Shown here: piece by piece, positions 31,231 to 35,404 of the stretch
How positions within the stretch are numbered: the stretch's first letter is position 1
Layout of the letters: every line of letters begins with the position of its first letter
Assembly (NCBI GenBank): GCA_964250825.1
Contig: CAXUIE010000002.1
Location: 5,072 to 40,475, forward strand
Origin: an uncultured Acidisphaera sp.
GTDB lineage: Bacteria > Pseudomonadota > Alphaproteobacteria > Acetobacterales > Acetobacteraceae
Length of the DNA: 35,404 nt
Reading direction: 5' to 3'
Program-made: the position numbers and the translations under genes
Notes under the pieces: generated by a model
Seen by the model: only the letters and a program-made list of their open reading frames with translations
Database searches by the model: none
What the model was told of the DNA's origin: nothing

Positions 31231-32553
31231 CTAAGCCGAAATGCTGTTGCCTCCCTCGCCCGCCACGCTCGCGCGCGGGAAGCTGAGTTCTACCGTGGTG
31301 CCTTTCCCTGGCGAGGTGGCGATGTCCAGCCGGCCGCCCCACTGCTCGACGAACCCGATCGCGAGAAAGAGGCCGAGCCCTGTACCCTTGTCGCGTTTGG
31401 TGGTGAAGAAAGCTTCGGTGGCGCGCTCGGCCACCTCGGGAGCCATGCCCCCACCAGTGTCCGATACGGCGATCACGGCGATGGCTTCGCGGTCCGGCGC
31501 GGCCGGGACGGTCCGCGTTGTGACTACGATGGTGCCTCCTTTCGGCATGGCGTCCGATGCGTTGCGCGCGAGATTCAAGAGAACCAGTTCGAGTTGATCG
31601 ACATCAAGCTGGGCGAACACGGCTTCGGACGCCAAGTCGAGAACGATCTCGACCCCCGAGGAGACGATCTGCCCCATGGCGTCGCGAAATCCGGCGATGA
31701 GAGCGCTGATGTCCGCGACCTCAGCCGCATCGGTTCGCTGGCGCGCCACGGACAGGAGCTTGGACGCCAGGCTCCCCGCTTTTCGGGCTCCCCAATCCGC
31801 ACGTTCCAGCAGTTCGCGTTGCGAGTCGTCGTCGGCCCATTTCAGCGCGCGCTCGACGCTGCCGAGCACCACGGTCATGAGGTTGTTGACCTCGTGCGCG
31901 ATGCCCGACGCTAGCGCGCCCAGGCTTTCGACGCGTCGCATCTGGCGCAGGTCCGCTTCCTTGCGCCGCGTCACATCCAACTGACTGGCGAAGAGATACT
32001 CGCGCTTACCATTGGAGACCTTCACCGGCGTCACGAACAGTAGGTTCCAAAACCCGGAGCCATCTTTTCGATAATTATAAATCTCTTCCTGAAACGGTTG
32101 GCGCGCCAGGACGGCGTCGTGCATGCGAGCCACCGCCGCCGGGTCGGTACCGGAACCTTGGAGGTATCGGCAGTTGCGGCCGAGGACTTCCTCGCGCGAG
32201 AAGCCGGTCGTCGCGCAATAGGCGTCGTTGCAGAACACAATTGGGCAGTCCGGCTGGTCGGGATCGGCCAGCACCATCGGCATTCGAGTGAGTGCCACGG
32301 CCGCCTTAAACACGGCCTCGCCGATCGCCGCCTGATCGGCAGATGCCGTGATCGGCGCGTCCCGGCCACCCCCTTCGCCTTCTCTGGCCGTCAAGCTGCT
32401 GTTGCTCCCATCACCATGCGCCGTCACGCTGTCTTGAGCGCGAAGGATGCGCGGCAGGACACCCGTTCGCCACCAATCCTCGATTGTCGTCGGCGACTTC
32501 AACCGATCAGCACGCGCAAGGTCGCAGCCGTTCCTTTCGCCCCTGTAGGGCAC
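31231..32553 (-). CDS. LOV-domain (blue-light/FMN) sensor histidine kinase
   Basis: LOV signature GRNCRYLQG with flanks PIVFCNDAYCATTGFSREEVL and NYRKDGSGFWNLLFVTPV. H-box GIAHEVNNLMTVV; N/G boxes LLNLARNASDAM, DTGGGM and GTGLGL. No receiver domain. The start is uncertain: GTG 32551-32553 lacks an SD, and an in-frame TTG downstream follows GGGAG. Confidence 0.88.
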   Translation of the reverse strand: MPYRGERNGCDLARADRLKSPTTIEDWWRTGVLPRILRAQDSVTAHGDGSNSSLTAREGEGGGRDAPITASADQAAIGEAVFKAAVALTRMPMVLADPDQPDCPIVFCNDAYCATTGFSREEVLGRNCRYLQGSGTDPAAVARMHDAVLARQPFQEEIYNYRKDGSGFWNLLFVTPVKVSNGKREYLFASQLDVTRRKEADLRQMRRVESLGALASGIAHEVNNLMTVVLGSVERALKWADDDSQRELLERADWGARKAGSLASKLLSVARQRTDAAEVADISALIAGFRDAMGQIVSSGVEIVLDLASEAVFAQLDVDQLELVLLNLARNASDAMPKGGTIVVTTRTVPAAPDREAIAVIAVSDTGGGMAPEVAERATEAFFTTKRDKGTGLGLFLAIGFVEQWGGRLDIATSPGKGTTVELSFPRASVAGEGGNSISA

Positions 32554-32572
32554 AGGTAGACGTCAACAACCG

Positions 32573-33055
32573 TCACGCGTTCCGCCGCCAAACCTCCTCT
32601 TGCAGAAGGCTTGCGAACGCGACCCAGGCCGCAAGCGGCACGCCGGCCCATGCGGCCCTGCGGTCAACCCGCGTCGCGGTCGCCACGCCCGCGATGGACG
32701 CCGCCAGCATGCCTGCGGTGACGCCTGTGGCCTCGTCCAGCTGCTTGCGGCCGAACAACACCCAGGAGAATCCTCCGATGCCGAGCACGTTGATGGCCCA
32801 CGCCGCGAGGGCCGCCGCGCGCCAGCCGGTCGGCCGCGCCGAAAGCAACCGAAACCCGGAATACCCGTACAGCGCGTCGAGGAAGGTCCAGGCCACGCCG
32901 AACACCGGGCCCGGGGGCGTATAGGATGGCTTGCGCAGGGAAGCGTACCAGGCTGCGGTTCGTGGATGGTCCGGCGTCGGGCTGTACTGGCGACCCGCCA
33001 ACTGCGCCCCGACCACCGCCGAGCCCGCCAAGACCGCCGCCAAACCCTTGTTCAT
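32573..33055 (-). CDS. tspO: TspO/MBR tryptophan-rich sensory protein (tetrapyrrole-binding, 5-TM)
   Basis: Start ATG 33053-33055 (MNKGLAAVLAG..). Family blocks WYASLRKPSYTPPGPVFGVAWTFLDALYG, and a C-terminal WVAFASLLQEEVWRRN. Confidence 0.88.
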   Translation of the reverse strand: MNKGLAAVLAGSAVVGAQLAGRQYSPTPDHPRTAAWYASLRKPSYTPPGPVFGVAWTFLDALYGYSGFRLLSARPTGWRAAALAAWAINVLGIGGFSWVLFGRKQLDEATGVTAGMLAASIAGVATATRVDRRAAWAGVPLAAWVAFASLLQEEVWRRNA

Positions 33056-33084
33056 CAGCACACTCCCCGCTTCGACCGGCGCAT

Positions 33085-33110
33085 AACGGCGCAACCGGCG
33101 GCAACGTTCC
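33085..33110 (-). promoter_or_regulatory. Candidate EcfG-type (general stress response sigma) promoter GGAAC-N17-CGTT upstream of tspO
   Basis: The minus strand reads GGAAC gttgccgccggttgcgc CGTT. The -10 element ends about 30 nt before the tspO ATG. This matches the alphaproteobacterial EcfG consensus GGAAC-N16-17-CGTT. Confidence 0.45.
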
Positions 33111-33123
33111 AAACGGAGGCCTC

Positions 33124-34887
33124 CTATTGGGCGAGCGCTTGGCTGCGGACTAGCCGCGCGTACAGCCCGTCCGCTTCCAGCAACCCGGCATGGGTTCCTT
33201 GTTCCACCGCCCGGCCTTCCGCCATCACTACGACGAGGTCGGCGTCCCGCACGGTGGAAAGCCGATGCGCCACGACCACCGTCGTGCGGCCGGCGCGAAG
33301 GCGCGCGAGCGCCTCCTGAACGGCGACCTCGCTTTCCGCGTCGAGCGCGCTGGTCGCCTCGTCCAGCAGCAGGATGCGCGGGTTGCGCAGGAGGGCCCGC
33401 GCCAGCGCGATCCGCTGCCGTTGGCCGCCCGACAGCCGCTGGCCGCCCGGCCCCACGCGGGTTTCATAGCCGAGCGGCAGCTCCGCGATGAAGTCGGCCG
33501 CGGCCGCGGCGGCGGCGGCGTGCTCCACGTCGGCCGTGCTTGCGCCAGGTCGCCCAAGATGGATGTTGGCGCCCACCGTGTCGTCGAACAGCAACGCATC
33601 CTGCCCGACATAGGCGATCCCGTCGCGCAAGCTCGCGATCGCGAGGGCGCGCACGTCGGCGCCGTCCACCGCGACCGTGCCCGCGGTGGCGTCCTGCAAG
33701 CGTGGTATCAGGGCCAGCGCCGTGGACTTTCCGGCCCCCGACGGTCCGACGAGTGCCACGGTGGTGCCCGGCTCGGCGACGAAGCTCAATCCATCTAGCC
33801 CGACCCGTCCGTCCGGATAAACGAAGCTGACAGACGCGAAGGACAGGCGGCCTCGCCCGGGCGGCAACGGGTCGGCATTGGGGATCTCGCGAATGGTCGG
33901 CCGCTCGTCGACGACCGCGAACACCCGGATCAAGCCCGCGAGCCCTTCCTGCACGGCGGCGTTCAGCGATCCGAGCGCGCGCAGCGGGCGCGACGCGATC
34001 AGCAAGGCGGCGACGAAGCCGGTGAAGTTGCCGATCGTGTTGCTGCCGACCGCGGCGCGCCAGCCGGCGAAACCGATCACGGCCGCGACAGCCGCCCCGC
34101 CCAGCACCTCGAGCACCGGGTCGACCCGCGCCCGACTCCGCGTCATGCGCAACAACGCCCGGTAGAGGCCGTCGAACGCGAGATGGGCTCGATGCTGCTC
34201 GGCCTCCTCCAGCCGGTAGGCGCGCACCGTACGCGCCTGGGCGAAGCTTTCGTTGAGCAGGGCGGAGGTCTCGCCCATCCGCTCCTGCATCCCGCCGGAC
34301 GCGCGCCGGACCCGCTTGCCGATGCGCTGGATCGGCACCGCCGCCAGCGGATACAGCGCGCCCGCGATCACGCTCAGCACCCAGTCGAGATACAGCATGG
34401 AGGCGACCAAGCCGACCACGGTCACCACGTCCGAGATGCCGATCACCGCGCGGGTCAGCGCCTCGCGGATCACCGCCGCGTCCGTGGTGAACCGCGCGGC
34501 AAGCTGCGCCGGCGCCTCGCGCTCCAGCCGGGCGACATCGGCGCGCACCAGATGGCCGAACATGCGCTCCTGCAACTCGCGGATCACCGTCAGCACGATC
34601 TGCTGAACCTGCACGGTTTGCAGGTACTGCGCCGCCGCCTTGACGGAGGTGACCACCAGGACGGTGATCGGAAGCTGGTAGAGGATACGTGCGTCGCGGG
34701 CGGTGAACATGGAGAAGGCGCGGTCGATCACCACCGGATACAGCGCCGTGGTGCCGGCCATGACGGCGGTCAGCAGCAGGACCAGGAGCAAGCGCGGCTT
34801 GTAGCGGCGCAGGTGCTCACGCCACAGCCGAACCAGCAGCGCGCGCGTGCTCGCCTCGTCGGGGCGCGGCGGGGTGGAACCATCCAT
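33124..34887 (-). CDS. ABC exporter, fused permease/ATPase (MsbA-like)
   Basis: 587 aa with 6 TM segments and an NBD. Walker A is GPSGAGKST, the signature is LSGGQRQR and Walker B is ILLLDEATSALD. Confidence 0.92.
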   Translation of the reverse strand: MDGSTPPRPDEASTRALLVRLWREHLRRYKPRLLLVLLLTAVMAGTTALYPVVIDRAFSMFTARDARILYQLPITVLVVTSVKAAAQYLQTVQVQQIVLTVIRELQERMFGHLVRADVARLEREAPAQLAARFTTDAAVIREALTRAVIGISDVVTVVGLVASMLYLDWVLSVIAGALYPLAAVPIQRIGKRVRRASGGMQERMGETSALLNESFAQARTVRAYRLEEAEQHRAHLAFDGLYRALLRMTRSRARVDPVLEVLGGAAVAAVIGFAGWRAAVGSNTIGNFTGFVAALLIASRPLRALGSLNAAVQEGLAGLIRVFAVVDERPTIREIPNADPLPPGRGRLSFASVSFVYPDGRVGLDGLSFVAEPGTTVALVGPSGAGKSTALALIPRLQDATAGTVAVDGADVRALAIASLRDGIAYVGQDALLFDDTVGANIHLGRPGASTADVEHAAAAAAAADFIAELPLGYETRVGPGGQRLSGGQRQRIALARALLRNPRILLLDEATSALDAESEVAVQEALARLRAGRTTVVVAHRLSTVRDADLVVVMAEGRAVEQGTHAGLLEADGLYARLVRSQALAQ

Positions 34888-34901
34888 GCGGCGGGCGTGT
34901 A

Positions 34902-35404
34902 TCAGCCGCCGACCCGCCTCGCCAGTTCAGCCCGGCAGGCGTCCGAATCCGCCACGCATCCGCCATCAAGCCACCACTGGCGAACCGCGCGCAGCAGCAC
35001 CCCCACGCGCGGCCCGGGGGGAAGCCCGAGCGCCAGCACGTCGCGGCCCTCGAGCGGGAACACAGGCCGTTCCGTCGCGGCGATGCGCCCACGCAGCCCG
35101 GCCCAGCCCGGCGCGTCCCCGCCCGCCAGCCACGCACGGTCGATCAGGACCTCGCCCAGCGTGTCGGCGAGCAAACGGCGGAGGTCGGCATCGCCCGCGT
35201 CCGGGCGAGGAACGGGATCGCCGCGCAGTGCGAGGAGCCGGTCGCGCTCGGGGATCGAGAACTTGAGGCGGTCGGCCACCGTGACCGGATCGCCGTCGAG
35301 CAGTGCCGCCAGCCGCAGCAGCGGGTCGACAGGAGCCCCAGCCGCCACCAAGCGGGCGAGCCGAGTAACGTCGGCACCTTCGGGCAGCAGGGCGGGCCAC
35401 ACCC
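34902..35404 (-). CDS. C-terminal part of a CCA-adding enzyme / poly(A) polymerase-family tRNA nucleotidyltransferase; 5' end outside the window
   Basis: The frame is open to the window edge. The C-terminal region (..DRLKFSIPERDRLLALRG.., FPLEGRDVLALGLPPGPRVGVLLRAVRQWWLDGG) resembles alphaproteobacterial CCA enzymes. Confidence 0.65.
   Translation of the reverse strand, partial: VWPALLPEGADVTRLARLVAAGAPVDPLLRLAALLDGDPVTVADRLKFSIPERDRLLALRGDPVPRPDAGDADLRRLLADTLGEVLIDRAWLAGGDAPGWAGLRGRIAATERPVFPLEGRDVLALGLPPGPRVGVLLRAVRQWWLDGGCVADSDACRAELARRVGG

Noticed and set aside
31117-31914. 265-aa plus-strand ORF
   Set aside because: It is antisense to the histidine-kinase catalytic domain and has no motifs.
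1-35404. Search for CRISPR arrays, tRNA/rRNA genes, IS elements, integrases, long direct repeats or recognisable anti-phage defence genes
   Set aside because: Reading both strands showed none. Intergenic space is small, and the only repeats found are the short hairpins and palindromes listed above.

Overview
High-GC, gene-dense window with alphaproteobacterial-type gene content. Almost all of it is transcribed on the minus strand. I saw no rRNA, tRNA, CRISPR array, transposase or integrase. All calls are by-eye motif recognition; no search was run.

Four functional blocks:

(1) 1250-9997, a periplasmic alcohol/aldehyde oxidation supercluster. It holds two paralogous PQQ-dependent (methanol/ethanol family) dehydrogenases, a small c-type cytochrome, an MxaJ/XoxJ-like binding protein and a Tat-exported Rieske protein. 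It also holds a Tat-exported IorAB-type molybdenum aldehyde oxidoreductase and a translationally coupled small secreted protein.

(2) 10172-18296, a rearranged PQQ biosynthesis region. pqqE is separated from pqqBCD by a plus-strand pqqA-lysR unit, and pqqA is too short for the ORF track. pqqBCD appears co-transcribed with a TonB-dependent receptor and an orphan PQQ-system-type binding protein.

(3) 20200-30689, a roughly 10.5 kb Wzx/Wzc-type exopolysaccharide operon with unusual accessory genes.

(4) 31231-35404, CCA-enzyme (partial), MsbA-like ABC exporter, TspO and a LOV-domain histidine kinase. A good EcfG-type (GGAAC-N17-CGTT) promoter match sits in front of tspO.

Most interesting candidates:
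- A PQQ dehydrogenase paralog that lacks the vicinal Cys-Cys redox disulfide, keeps the lanthanide-type D-x-D motif, and sits next to a Tat-Rieske protein.
- The binding-protein / TonB-receptor / pqqBCD arrangement.
- The split pqq cluster with the hidden pqqA.
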